Origin: Deltaproteobacteria bacterium
GTDB taxonomy: Bacteria; Desulfobacterota; Binatia; UBA12015
DNA: 64,000 nucleotides
Assembly (NCBI GenBank): GCA_046583355.1
Contig: JAYGCM010000073.1
Coordinates: 26,097-90,096 of the forward strand
Reading direction: 5' to 3'
Part shown: piece by piece, positions 11,498 through 20,837 of the stretch
Position numbering within the stretch: position 1 is the stretch's first letter
Layout of the letters: the number at the start of each line of letters is the position of its first letter
Notes under the pieces: model-generated
Told to the model about the DNA's origin: nothing
The model's input: the letters and a program-made list of their open reading frames with translations, nothing else
The model's database searches: none
Position numbers and translations under genes: made by a program

Positions 11498-12073
11498 ATG
11501 AACTGGATGAGACGAAACCTTCGCACCAACCCGGCTTTCCCGGCCCTGGCAATTCTATTGGCGACGACGCTCTCGGGCTGCGGCTACAATACGATGGTCC
11601 GCGAGCGCGAGGCGATCGATGCCTCCTGGGCCCAGGTCGAGAACCAATTACAACGTCGCAACGACCTGATCCCCAACCTGGTCTCCACCACCAAGGGATA
11701 TGCGTCGCATGAAAAAGAGATCTTCACGGCTGTCGCCGATGCACGCTCGCGCCTGATGGGAGCAAAGACACGCGACGAGAAAATCCAGGCCTCCAACCAG
11801 GTCTCCAGCGCCCTCTCGCGGCTGCTCATGATCTCCGAGGCCTACCCCCAGCTCAAGGCCGATACGCAATTCTCCCGGCTCTCCGACGAGCTGGCCGGCA
11901 CCGAGAACCGCATTGCCACCGAGCGGCGCCGCTACAACGAGACCGTGCGCACCTTCAATACTACCGTGAAAAGCTTCCCGACCACGCTCTTCGCCGGCTG
12001 CTTCGGCTTCTCGAAGGCCGAATATTTCGAGGCACCAAAAGAAGCCCAGGCCGTCCCGAAGGTCGCATTCTAG
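11498..12073 (+). CDS. lemA: LemA family protein
   Basis: GCGYN..QVENQLQRRNDLIPNLV, EAYPQLKA and ELAGTENRI motifs. Confidence 0.95.
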   Translation: MNWMRRNLRTNPAFPALAILLATTLSGCGYNTMVREREAIDASWAQVENQLQRRNDLIPNLVSTTKGYASHEKEIFTAVADARSRLMGAKTRDEKIQASNQVSSALSRLLMISEAYPQLKADTQFSRLSDELAGTENRIATERRRYNETVRTFNTTVKSFPTTLFAGCFGFSKAEYFEAPKEAQAVPKVAF

Positions 12074-12166
12074 AGAGCCGATGAACTTTTCGAATTGTGC
12101 CACAGAGATCCGGCCGGAAAGTTCGCCTCCAGTTGACAGCCGCCACGCGGCACGCGAGACCCGAAT

Positions 12167-13015
12167 ATGACGAAATTTGCCGATCTGGCCGAGGTGCGCC
12201 TCGCCTGGGAGACGCGCGGGGATTCCTCTGCTCTGCCTCTGGTTCTTGTTCGCGGCCTGGGCACGCAGATGATCGAGTGGAGCGAGGTGCTGCTCGACAC
12301 GCTGGCCGACGCCGGTCATTTCGTGATTCTCTTTGATAACCGGGACGTCGGCCTCTCCAGCGGCTTTGAAGATGCCGGCACCGACGGCCCTGCCTACTCG
12401 CTGAAGGATATGGCCGGTGACGTCGCCGGCCTGCTCGACCATTTGGAGATCGAACGCGCACATATCGCCGGCATGTCGATGGGCGGGATGATCGCCCAAC
12501 GCTTCGGCCTCGCCTTCCCCGAGCGCACCCTCTCGGTCACCTCCATCATGTCCTCGACGGGAAAGCAGGACCTGCCGCCACCCACCGAAGAGGCTCGGTA
12601 TTACCTCACTGCCACACCCGAAAATGCCGACGACGAAGAAGAAGCCGTCGAGCTCATCGTCAAGGGCCGCCTCTGTTTCGACGGCGGAGCCTATCCAACC
12701 GATATCGAGATCCACCGCAAGGCCGTGCGCCGGGCCTATCGGCGCGCCAACCGCCCCGATGGCGTCGCCCGCCAGATGGCCGCGATCTTCTCGGACCCGA
12801 CCCGCCGCGACGAACTCGCCGGGCTACAGGCGCCCCTCTTGGTCATCCACGGCACCGACGACAGCCTGCTGCCGCTCGGCCATGGCATGGATACCGCCAA
12901 CGCGATTCCCGGTGCGCGCATGGAGGTCGTCGAAGGGATGGGACATGCCTTGCCCGACAGCCTCGCGCCGCTCATCGCCGATCTCATCACCTCGCATACC
13001 CGCGGCTCCGCATGA
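12167..13015 (+). CDS. Alpha/beta fold hydrolase
   Basis: FDNRDVGLS, GMSMGG nucleophile elbow, HGTDD and GMGH. Confidence 0.93.
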   Translation: MTKFADLAEVRLAWETRGDSSALPLVLVRGLGTQMIEWSEVLLDTLADAGHFVILFDNRDVGLSSGFEDAGTDGPAYSLKDMAGDVAGLLDHLEIERAHIAGMSMGGMIAQRFGLAFPERTLSVTSIMSSTGKQDLPPPTEEARYYLTATPENADDEEEAVELIVKGRLCFDGGAYPTDIEIHRKAVRRAYRRANRPDGVARQMAAIFSDPTRRDELAGLQAPLLVIHGTDDSLLPLGHGMDTANAIPGARMEVVEGMGHALPDSLAPLIADLITSHTRGSA

Positions 13016-13911
13016 TGGACGAATCGGCATCTCCGACCTGCCCGGCCTGCGACAAAACCGGCACCGACCGGGAGACCCGCGTCCCGGACCACGAATACGG
13101 CGTCGCCTTCATCGCGACCTACGCCCGCTGCGCGCATTGCGCCTCGGAGTTCCAGGTACCGATGCCTGACGGCGCGACCCTCGCCGGCTTCTACCCGGCC
13201 ACCTACCACTCGATGCAAAGCGGCGGCCTGCTGGTGCGCTTGCGCAACGAGATGCGCTGGAAACGGCTGGCCGGTCTCCTCCAAGGCGACGGCGTGGTGC
13301 TCGACTACGGCTGCGGCGAGGGACAATTCCTGCTGCATGCCGCGCGGCGCACACCACAGCGACGCTTTTTCGGTTACGAAATCGCAGACAAGCGCGAAAT
13401 TCGGCACCTCGAAAAGGGGCGGGTCACGATCGTCCGTGGCTCGGTGAACGACCTCCTCGGCGTCTTGCCCAGTTGCGCGCTCATTACGATGAACCATGTG
13501 ATTGAGCACCTGCCCGATCCGTGCATGACCATCGGCCCTCTGACCGAGCGCTTGGCGACCGGCGGCGTCTTTGAGGGACAAACACCCGCGGCCGATTCGC
13601 TGGAACAGCGCATCTTTCAGACACGTTGGAGCGGCTACCATGCACCCCGCCATACAATCGTCTTCTCGCCCGACGGATTGCGTGCGCTCCTTTCGCGCCT
13701 GGGCCTCGCGGAGGCGGAAATCCGCGGCACCTTCAACCCGGCCGGATTGGCGCTCAGTCTGGCCTCCCTGCGCCACGGCGAAACCGGCGGAACGCTTACG
13801 CGCTCGGGCATGGCTTGGCTAATCGGGCTCGGCCTGGCCACCGGCCTCTCCGTGATCGACCTGCTCTCAGGCGCACCTGCAGTGGTCGATTTCTCAGCAA
13901 GGCGCGCGTAG
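13012..13911 (+). CDS. Class I SAM-dependent methyltransferase with N-terminal CxxC pairs
   Basis: CPAC..CAHC, VLDYGCGEG, HVIEHLPDP and PRH motifs. Confidence 0.88.
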   Translation: MMDESASPTCPACDKTGTDRETRVPDHEYGVAFIATYARCAHCASEFQVPMPDGATLAGFYPATYHSMQSGGLLVRLRNEMRWKRLAGLLQGDGVVLDYGCGEGQFLLHAARRTPQRRFFGYEIADKREIRHLEKGRVTIVRGSVNDLLGVLPSCALITMNHVIEHLPDPCMTIGPLTERLATGGVFEGQTPAADSLEQRIFQTRWSGYHAPRHTIVFSPDGLRALLSRLGLAEAEIRGTFNPAGLALSLASLRHGETGGTLTRSGMAWLIGLGLATGLSVIDLLSGAPAVVDFSARRA

Positions 13912-13924
13912 GCTTGTTCCTGCG

Positions 13925-14866
13925 ATGCTTGGAATCGACGAGAGCCGCATAGCCCTGCGCAAGCGCCCCGATATCATCTCTGCGCTGCGCGTCGCCGCCC
14001 ACCTGATCTTCGTTTTCCTGCCTGTGTACCTGGCGGCCATGGTCGGCCCGAGCCTCTGGCTCTTGCCTCTTTGGCTCTGGTTCGGCCTCTCGATGCACGG
14101 GGTCCTCAACCTGATGCACGAGGCCTCGCATTTCCACGTCTTCCGCGCGCGCGCCGCCTCGGACCGGCTCGGGCATTGGCTGCTTGGCCCGCTTATCGCC
14201 TCCGACTTCGAGACCTATCGTCAGCGTCATTGGGACCACCACCGCTTTGTCGGCCAGGACAACGACACAAAAGATGCCTATCTCCTCGATCTGCGCGGCC
14301 CCCGCTTCGCCACTTTTGTCCTGCGCTGCCTGCTACTCCAGGAGGCGCTGAGGAAATTCCGCTCGACGCGCAGCGGGGACGGCCCCGGCAAGGGAAAGCG
14401 CAGCAACAGCAAGAACATCTGGATGCTGCGAACTCTGTTTGTACAAGCCCTCTTCGGCCTCTCGCTGCTGGCTACGGCAGCCGCGGCGCATGGCAGCAGC
14501 GGCTGGACGATGTGGCTTAGCGCCGCGCTCGCCTGGGGAGCCATCTACGCCTACGGCATGATGGGACTTACGCTGTGTATCGCCAGCCTGCGGACCCTGG
14601 CCGAGCATGGGCCGGGCACCGCAGGCGAAAAAGGCGCGGCCACCGCCGGACGGGCACGGCTGCGCAATATCCGCTGTGGGCCACTCGGCCGCTTCTTGAT
14701 GGGGAGCTACGGCTTCGCCGAACATGCCACGCACCACCGCTACCCGGCCATCCCGGCCTACCGGCTGCCTGCGGAAACGACGCGCCTGGTCGCATCGGGA
14801 GACGCGGAATTCGCGACGTATTCCTCCTATCTCGGGCGGCTGCTTAGCAGCCTGCGCGGCGTCTGA
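13925..14866 (+). CDS. Fatty acid desaturase family membrane protein
   Basis: Three His boxes: HEASH, HWDHH and HATHH. Confidence 0.88.
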   Translation: MLGIDESRIALRKRPDIISALRVAAHLIFVFLPVYLAAMVGPSLWLLPLWLWFGLSMHGVLNLMHEASHFHVFRARAASDRLGHWLLGPLIASDFETYRQRHWDHHRFVGQDNDTKDAYLLDLRGPRFATFVLRCLLLQEALRKFRSTRSGDGPGKGKRSNSKNIWMLRTLFVQALFGLSLLATAAAAHGSSGWTMWLSAALAWGAIYAYGMMGLTLCIASLRTLAEHGPGTAGEKGAATAGRARLRNIRCGPLGRFLMGSYGFAEHATHHRYPAIPAYRLPAETTRLVASGDAEFATYSSYLGRLLSSLRGV

Positions 14867-14922
14867 ACCAAAGCCCGGCCGCAAGGCAGGGCTGCATCCG
14901 AGCGCTACTTGCCGCCTGGGCT

Positions 14923-15513
14923 CTACTGCGGAGGCCGGTCGCGGCTGCCAATCACGCGCGCCGGTGCGCCGGCGACGATGGCATATTCCTCGGTCGAGCT
15001 GGTCACCACCGAGCCCGCACCAACCACCGTGCCGCGCCCGAGCGTCACGCCAGGCGTCACCACGGAATTTGCACCGATCCAGCAATCGTCGCCGATCACC
15101 ACCGCAGCGCTGCGATGGCCCTGCTGGATAATCGGCAAAGACGGGTCGCCGTCCCAGCGATGCTGCGAGCTGACGATCACCACATTCGGCCCGACCAGAA
15201 CATTGTCGCCCATGGTCAAGCCGCCGCGCCCGTCGAAGGTGCAGCCGGTATTGATGTGGTGGTTGCGACCAAAGCGGATGCCGTAGGAGTGGATGAATTG
15301 AACGCCGCGCGAGATATAGCCGAAGCCCGAAAGGCGCGCGAAGAGCAGGCGGTAGAAAAGATAGCGCAAGCCGAAGCCCAGCAGGCTCGGGATCGGGCGC
15401 AGGATCGAGCCGATCCATTCTTCCGCATAGAGCGTCACGGCCTGGCGCAAATCCAGCGTGCCGAGCAGCCGGCGCAACTGGCCGAATGCGGTAGTCGGGG
15501 TCGCTTCAGCCAC
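14923..15513 (-). CDS. Hexapeptide-repeat (left-handed beta-helix) O-acyltransferase
   Basis: IGDDCWIGANSVVTPGVTLGRGTVVGAGSVVT..VAGAPARVI. Confidence 0.92.
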   Translation of the reverse strand: MAEATPTTAFGQLRRLLGTLDLRQAVTLYAEEWIGSILRPIPSLLGFGLRYLFYRLLFARLSGFGYISRGVQFIHSYGIRFGRNHHINTGCTFDGRGGLTMGDNVLVGPNVVIVSSQHRWDGDPSLPIIQQGHRSAAVVIGDDCWIGANSVVTPGVTLGRGTVVGAGSVVTSSTEEYAIVAGAPARVIGSRDRPPQ

Positions 15514-16387
15514 CTGCGCGGCTCCGCATAGCGGTGACGAAGATCTCGCCTACCGGGATCGGCCAGGGATGGTCGGCGAGACGCCGCGGCAAGATGCGGC
15601 CAAGGCCGCGCGCGAGAGGCGCAAGCGCGGGGGTGAAATGCCCCAGCTGCTCGGCTGCGTAATCGATCGTCAGCGGCTTGTAGGCCGGACGGATCTTCAC
15701 GCCGGTCAATGCCGACTCCTTGAGCAGAAGCTCGATGGTGGCGGGATTGAAATAATGCACATGGTCGGGCGGTGCATAATAGAACCAGCTGCGGCCAAGG
15801 ATGCGGGCGGCGAAGCTCGCGATATTGGGCACCGTGATCGCCAGCAGGCCGCCGGGCATCAGCCACTCACCGATACGCCGGACGAAATCGCGCGGCTCGG
15901 CGAGATGTTCTACAACATCGAATGCAGTGATGACGGCATAGGAGCGCTCCGGGCGAAAATCCTCGACCGCGCCCTGGTGCACATTGAGCCCCTGCGCGCG
16001 GGCCTGCTCCACCGCGACGCTCGAGATCTCAAGCCCTTCGGCCGCAAGGCCGGCCGTCGATGCGGCCGCGACAAACGCACCCGTCGAGGCACCAACATCG
16101 AGCCAGGCTCCCGCAGGTGCCAATGGGCGCACCGCCGCGAGTCGGCTCTCGGCGATCGCCCGGCGGATCCCACCGGCCGAGGCGAAAGTCGCATAACCGC
16201 CTTCGGCGTAGCTGGTATCGTGATGCGCCTCGATTTCGGCCAACGTCGGCAGGGGCGCGATGGAGACCAGCCCACAAGCGCCGCAGCGCAGGAAATCCCA
16301 GCCCCCCTTGCGAAAAAGAAGCTCGGTCTGCGGCCCGCCACAGACTCTACAAATACTCTCGCCCATTTGGTTCAGCGTCGCCGACAT
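15506..16387 (-). CDS. Class I SAM-dependent methyltransferase with N-terminal CxxC pairs
   Basis: CRVC..CGAC, LDVGASTG, FDVVEHLAEP and PPDH. Start may instead be ATG 16366. Confidence 0.88.
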   Translation of the reverse strand: MSATLNQMGESICRVCGGPQTELLFRKGGWDFLRCGACGLVSIAPLPTLAEIEAHHDTSYAEGGYATFASAGGIRRAIAESRLAAVRPLAPAGAWLDVGASTGAFVAAASTAGLAAEGLEISSVAVEQARAQGLNVHQGAVEDFRPERSYAVITAFDVVEHLAEPRDFVRRIGEWLMPGGLLAITVPNIASFAARILGRSWFYYAPPDHVHYFNPATIELLLKESALTGVKIRPAYKPLTIDYAAEQLGHFTPALAPLARGLGRILPRRLADHPWPIPVGEIFVTAMRSRAGG

Positions 16388-16481
16388 TCCTCTACAGTGT
16401 ACCGACCTTCGCTGCGAACCTCTACCTCATTGCGGACTCGCCCTTTCCGCTGCCGCTGGCGCTTGGCATACTGGATCTCCC

Positions 16482-19400
16482 GTGGCGCAGACTTTTTTCA
16501 GCAACCCCACCCGGGCAGCCGTTTTGGTTCTGCTCGCCACTCTCTTTGCCGTCACGCCTGCGATCGCCGCGGATATCACCCTGCGGATCCGCTTCGGGTT
16601 CGGTGACCGCGCGCCTGCTGATTGGAGTGGATCGATCCGCGTAGAGCCCGGACGCGTAGGCGCGATGCACGGCTGGAGCTTCCGTGGCCGAGACCGCATC
16701 CTGGCCGGCGGCCGCTTCACCCTCCGTACCCGCAAGCCCACACCGCCGAGGCTGGGCCAGGCGGTGGCGGGCGCGCAACTCAACGGGATCGGCGTCGCGC
16801 TGCACGATGTGGATGAGGATTCCCTGATCCGCATCGAGACCGCGCAGGGAATAGCCGAGTTCCGCCTCGGCGATTTGCCCGCACACGGCCCACAGGCGGC
16901 CCTGGGGGGACGCATGCGGATCGAGCGAATGCCGAATCATCGGCGTATTGCCGCCACCGAGGCCGATGAAGATTTCACCGCTCTCGCCACAGCGCCTGAC
17001 GGAAGCCTCTGGGTCGGGTGGATCGCCTTCACACATGCCGACGCACGTAGCGGACGGATTTCGCGCTACCGCTACCCGCCGAAGGACTTCTCGGCCCTGG
17101 AGCGCCGCGAGGGCGCGGATCAGGCCTGGGTGCGACGACGCGACCCGGCCGGCGACTGGCAGGTGCCGATTGCCATCACCGCACCGGCGCGTGCCCTCTC
17201 TGGCCTCACACTCGCCGTCGACGGTGACGGGGTTCTCTGGGCCTTCTGGTCGGAGCGCCGCGGCGAGTCGATTGATCTATTGGGCAGGCCTCTGGGCGAG
17301 GACCCAGACGCCACAAAGCCGCGCCTGCTGGGCCGCCGCGGCGAAAACGACCTCGCCTGCGTCGCCGCGACCGACGCCTCGGGAAGAATCTGGCTCGCCT
17401 GGCAGGGAATACGAAACGGACGCTTGACAATCCTGCTGCGCCGCCAACAGGCGGACGGCAGCTTCCTCGCCGAACAAATCATCGACGATGGCGATGGCTC
17501 CTCCTGGGCGCCCGCCATCGCGGCCACTGCTTCGGGCGAGAACCCGGCGCGGGTGGCGATCGCATGGGATACCTACCGCAGCGGTGATTACGATGTGCGA
17601 TTGCGCCTCTTCGACAGCGGCGGGAGCGCAGGTGAGGTTCGGGCCGTCGCGTCCAGTCCCGCCTTCGAGGCCCGCCCTCTCCTGGCCTGGGCGCCCGACG
17701 GGAATTTATGGGTCGCGTGGAGGTACGCGGCCGCGCATTGGGGCAAGGACCGCGGCTATCAGATCCCCGGCGACGGGGCCGGCCTCTACGAGAGCCGTAG
17801 CATTGCCGTCCGCGTCCTCGCGGCCGACGGTTCCTGGCAGGCTCCGCTCCAGCAGCCCATCCAGGCGCTCGGCGCCATCAACCCGCCCGACGCCCGGCGC
17901 GCCGAACCCGGCCGCGGCGCATTGCCGCCGCCGCCCGTACTCGGCCGGCCCCTGCCGGGCATCGGCTCGCCCTTTCATATTCTCGCAGCTCTCGTGATTG
18001 ACGAGCACGCCCGTCCCTGGATCATCAGCCTGAGCCGCGATCCACACGAATTCAATGGCTCGGGGTTCATCTTCGATGCCTGGGCCACCGTCTACGACGA
18101 GCGCGCCTGGAGCACACCGATCCTGCTGCCACGCAGCGACGGGTACCGGTTTCCCCCGGTCCGCTCGGCAGCGCAGCCGAGCCGACGCCTGGTGGTCGCG
18201 ACCTCCGGCGACAGCCGGCGCGAGCGTCAGCCCGCGTCCTTGCAGGCGCGTTCCGGTCCCGTTGCGTTGCACCTCACAGACACGCTCGATGCCGATATTC
18301 TCGTCTGGGAACTCGACGTTCCGCCCGCCACCGCAGCACCCTTCCTGCAGGCCGCCATCGCACCCGCCGAGACCAAATTACCGACCGCGGCGACTCTGGC
18401 CGAGCGCGAAGATGTACGCCGGCTACGCGCAGTGCGCATCGAATTTGCCGGCGAAGAGCTCCGCATCTCCCGCGGCGACCTGCACCGTCATACCGAGTTT
18501 TCCTCGGACGGCGGCCTCGACGGCACCCTGGACGATCTGATGCGCTACGCGATCGACGCCGGGCGGCTGGACTTCGTCGTCAATTCCGACCACAGCAACG
18601 GCAACCATCGGGAGTTCCCCTGGTGGCTGACACAGAAGGCCATCGACGATTATACGTTCTCTCCGTCGTTCACCGGCCTGCACGGCCATGAGCGTAGCGC
18701 CCCGTTTCCCGAGGGACACCGTAATATTCTCTTCCGCCAACGCGGCATCCGGCCGCTGCCTCGCCTGCCGATTGCGAAAATCAAGGACAAGGGTCCGGCG
18801 GCGGATACCGAGATGCTCTATTCCTACCTGCGCGCCTTCGACGGCCTGGCCTTCCCGCATACCACCGCCACGCGGATGGGCACGGATTGGCGCAACCATG
18901 ACCCCGAGCGCGAACCGATGGTCGAGGTCTACCAGGGCGCACGCCAGAGCTCCGAGCGCGCCGGGGCGCCGCGTGCCGTATCGGCCCGGAATTCCGTCGG
19001 GCAGTTCCGCCCCAAAGGAATGATCAACCATGCGCTGAACCGGGGCTACCATTTCTCGTTTTACGCCAGCAGCGACCATCTCTCGACGCATGTGAGCTAC
19101 GCAATGGTCTGGACACCGAGCCTTGCGCGCGGGGCCATCTTCGAGTCGATCCGCAAGGGCCGGGTCTACGGTGCGACCGATAATATTTTTGCCGATTTCC
19201 GTATCCACGCCGGCGAGACAGAAGGCTTCCTCGGCGAGGAGATCGAGGTGCGCAGCGACCCGACCTACCGCGTGCGATTGCATGGCACGGCACCCTTCGC
19301 GCGCGTCGTCTTTATCCACGACGACAAAATCGTGCATGAACTCAAACCGGGCACGGCCGTCGTCGATGCCTCCTGGACCGATACGGAACTCGCACCAGGC

Positions 19401-19487
19401 CAGACCAGCTGGACCTATGTACGCGGCGAGCAGGAAGACGGCGAACTCGTCTGGGCTTCGCCGATTTTCACCACCCGTGTCGAGTAG
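16482..19487 (+). CDS. Large secreted protein: repeat (beta-propeller-like) region plus C-terminal PHP/DUF3604-like metallohydrolase domain
   Basis: Signal-peptide-like N-terminus after GTG 16482 (start uncertain); repeated DGxLWVAW units; GDLHRHT..SDG, SDH, GHRN, PHT, SSDH and WASPI motifs. Confidence 0.75.
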   Translation: MAQTFFSNPTRAAVLVLLATLFAVTPAIAADITLRIRFGFGDRAPADWSGSIRVEPGRVGAMHGWSFRGRDRILAGGRFTLRTRKPTPPRLGQAVAGAQLNGIGVALHDVDEDSLIRIETAQGIAEFRLGDLPAHGPQAALGGRMRIERMPNHRRIAATEADEDFTALATAPDGSLWVGWIAFTHADARSGRISRYRYPPKDFSALERREGADQAWVRRRDPAGDWQVPIAITAPARALSGLTLAVDGDGVLWAFWSERRGESIDLLGRPLGEDPDATKPRLLGRRGENDLACVAATDASGRIWLAWQGIRNGRLTILLRRQQADGSFLAEQIIDDGDGSSWAPAIAATASGENPARVAIAWDTYRSGDYDVRLRLFDSGGSAGEVRAVASSPAFEARPLLAWAPDGNLWVAWRYAAAHWGKDRGYQIPGDGAGLYESRSIAVRVLAADGSWQAPLQQPIQALGAINPPDARRAEPGRGALPPPPVLGRPLPGIGSPFHILAALVIDEHARPWIISLSRDPHEFNGSGFIFDAWATVYDERAWSTPILLPRSDGYRFPPVRSAAQPSRRLVVATSGDSRRERQPASLQARSGPVALHLTDTLDADILVWELDVPPATAAPFLQAAIAPAETKLPTAATLAEREDVRRLRAVRIEFAGEELRISRGDLHRHTEFSSDGGLDGTLDDLMRYAIDAGRLDFVVNSDHSNGNHREFPWWLTQKAIDDYTFSPSFTGLHGHERSAPFPEGHRNILFRQRGIRPLPRLPIAKIKDKGPAADTEMLYSYLRAFDGLAFPHTTATRMGTDWRNHDPEREPMVEVYQGARQSSERAGAPRAVSARNSVGQFRPKGMINHALNRGYHFSFYASSDHLSTHVSYAMVWTPSLARGAIFESIRKGRVYGATDNIFADFRIHAGETEGFLGEEIEVRSDPTYRVRLHGTAPFARVVFIHDDKIVHELKPGTAVVDASWTDTELAPGQTSWTYVRGEQEDGELVWASPIFTTRVE

Positions 19488-19493
19488 GGATTT

Positions 19494-20717
19494 TCAACTA
19501 TAGCGAACGGCCTCACCGCGCGAGTCCCCATGCTTCTCGACAGCACGGCGCAGATCGGCCAGAAAGGGCTCGACTACCTTCTCGTGTTCGGGGGAGACCA
19601 TCATATGCAACGCAGCGGGATCCTTCTGCCGGTCGAGGTGCCAGCCCAGATCGTCCATGACATCGCCGATTGCCATGATATCGAAGCGATCCGAGGCAAA
19701 AGCCTGCACGCTCGCCACCGGCGTCCCAACGATCTGTAGGCCTGGGATCGCCGCGATGCCCACGCGCAGGGCTTTTGCGGCCGCCAGCGTCTGCCCGGCC
19801 AGGCGCAGATAGCCCTCCTCGCCGAGAAAATTCATCACAGCCCACGCAGCCGCGATCGGTGCGGCCGGCCGCGCGCCCGCCAGAGCCGGTGAGCCATAGA
19901 GACCACCCGGCCATTTGTCGAACAAGAAAATCTGGTGGCGTAGGCTGGATTTCTCGCGATGCGAGATGATCGACGCACCCTTGGTGGCGAAGCCGTATTT
20001 ATGAACATCGGCCGAGATCGTCGTCACGCCGGCGACGCGAAAATCCCACGGCGGAATCTCGACGCCAAGCTTCTCCAAAAAGGGCAAGAGAAAGCCGCCG
20101 ACGCAGGCGTCGGTATGGAAAGAAGCGCCGGCCTCTTCTGCAATCGCCGCAAGCTCAGGAATCGGGTCGATCATCCCATGCGGATAATTCGGCGCCGAGC
20201 CGACAAGCAGCACGGTATTCGGCGTCACCAGCGCGCGTACCGCATCGACATCGACGCGCAGATCGGCGGCCAGCGGGGCCTGACGCAGTTCGAGGCCGAG
20301 GTACTCGGCCGCCTTGGCAAAGGCCGGATGGGCCGAGATGGGGACGATCATCTCGGGCTTCTCGATGCCACGTTCCTCGCGCGCACGGTTACGCGCCGTC
20401 TTGACCGACATCAGAATGCTCTCGGTGCCTCCCGAGGTCAGGGTGCCGCCGGCCCCCTCCGGGGCGTTCAGCAAGGAGCGCGTCATGCTGCAAATTTCCT
20501 GTTCCATGGTCGCCAGGCTGGGGAAGCGGAAAGGGTTGAGAGCGTTCTCGAAGACGTAGAGTTGGTTCGCCTCGCGCAGCAACGCATCGACCTCCTCGCC
20601 GGCCGGGTAAATCAGGCTCCAGGTCTTGCCGGCGCGCCAATCGGCATCTTTTTCCTTGGCCTCGCGCATACGGTCGAGGACCTCCTCGGCCGGCTGTCCC
20701 TTTTTCGGTAATTGCAT
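19494..20717 (-). CDS. PLP-dependent group II decarboxylase, sphingosine-1-phosphate lyase-like
   Basis: TSGGTESI, SAHPAFAKAA, HTDACVGG and SADVHKYG (PLP lysine). Confidence 0.88.
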   Translation of the reverse strand: MQLPKKGQPAEEVLDRMREAKEKDADWRAGKTWSLIYPAGEEVDALLREANQLYVFENALNPFRFPSLATMEQEICSMTRSLLNAPEGAGGTLTSGGTESILMSVKTARNRAREERGIEKPEMIVPISAHPAFAKAAEYLGLELRQAPLAADLRVDVDAVRALVTPNTVLLVGSAPNYPHGMIDPIPELAAIAEEAGASFHTDACVGGFLLPFLEKLGVEIPPWDFRVAGVTTISADVHKYGFATKGASIISHREKSSLRHQIFLFDKWPGGLYGSPALAGARPAAPIAAAWAVMNFLGEEGYLRLAGQTLAAAKALRVGIAAIPGLQIVGTPVASVQAFASDRFDIMAIGDVMDDLGWHLDRQKDPAALHMMVSPEHEKVVEPFLADLRRAVEKHGDSRGEAVRYS

Positions 20718-20837
20718 CGTCTATCTCCCCTGCCGCTGCCCACAGACGAGAGATGCCTCGAATCGGTGCAACACGGCCGACACTACCACGGCGCCGTGCA
20801 CCTCGAAAAAGCTTTCGGAAGAAGATAGCCAGATGCC

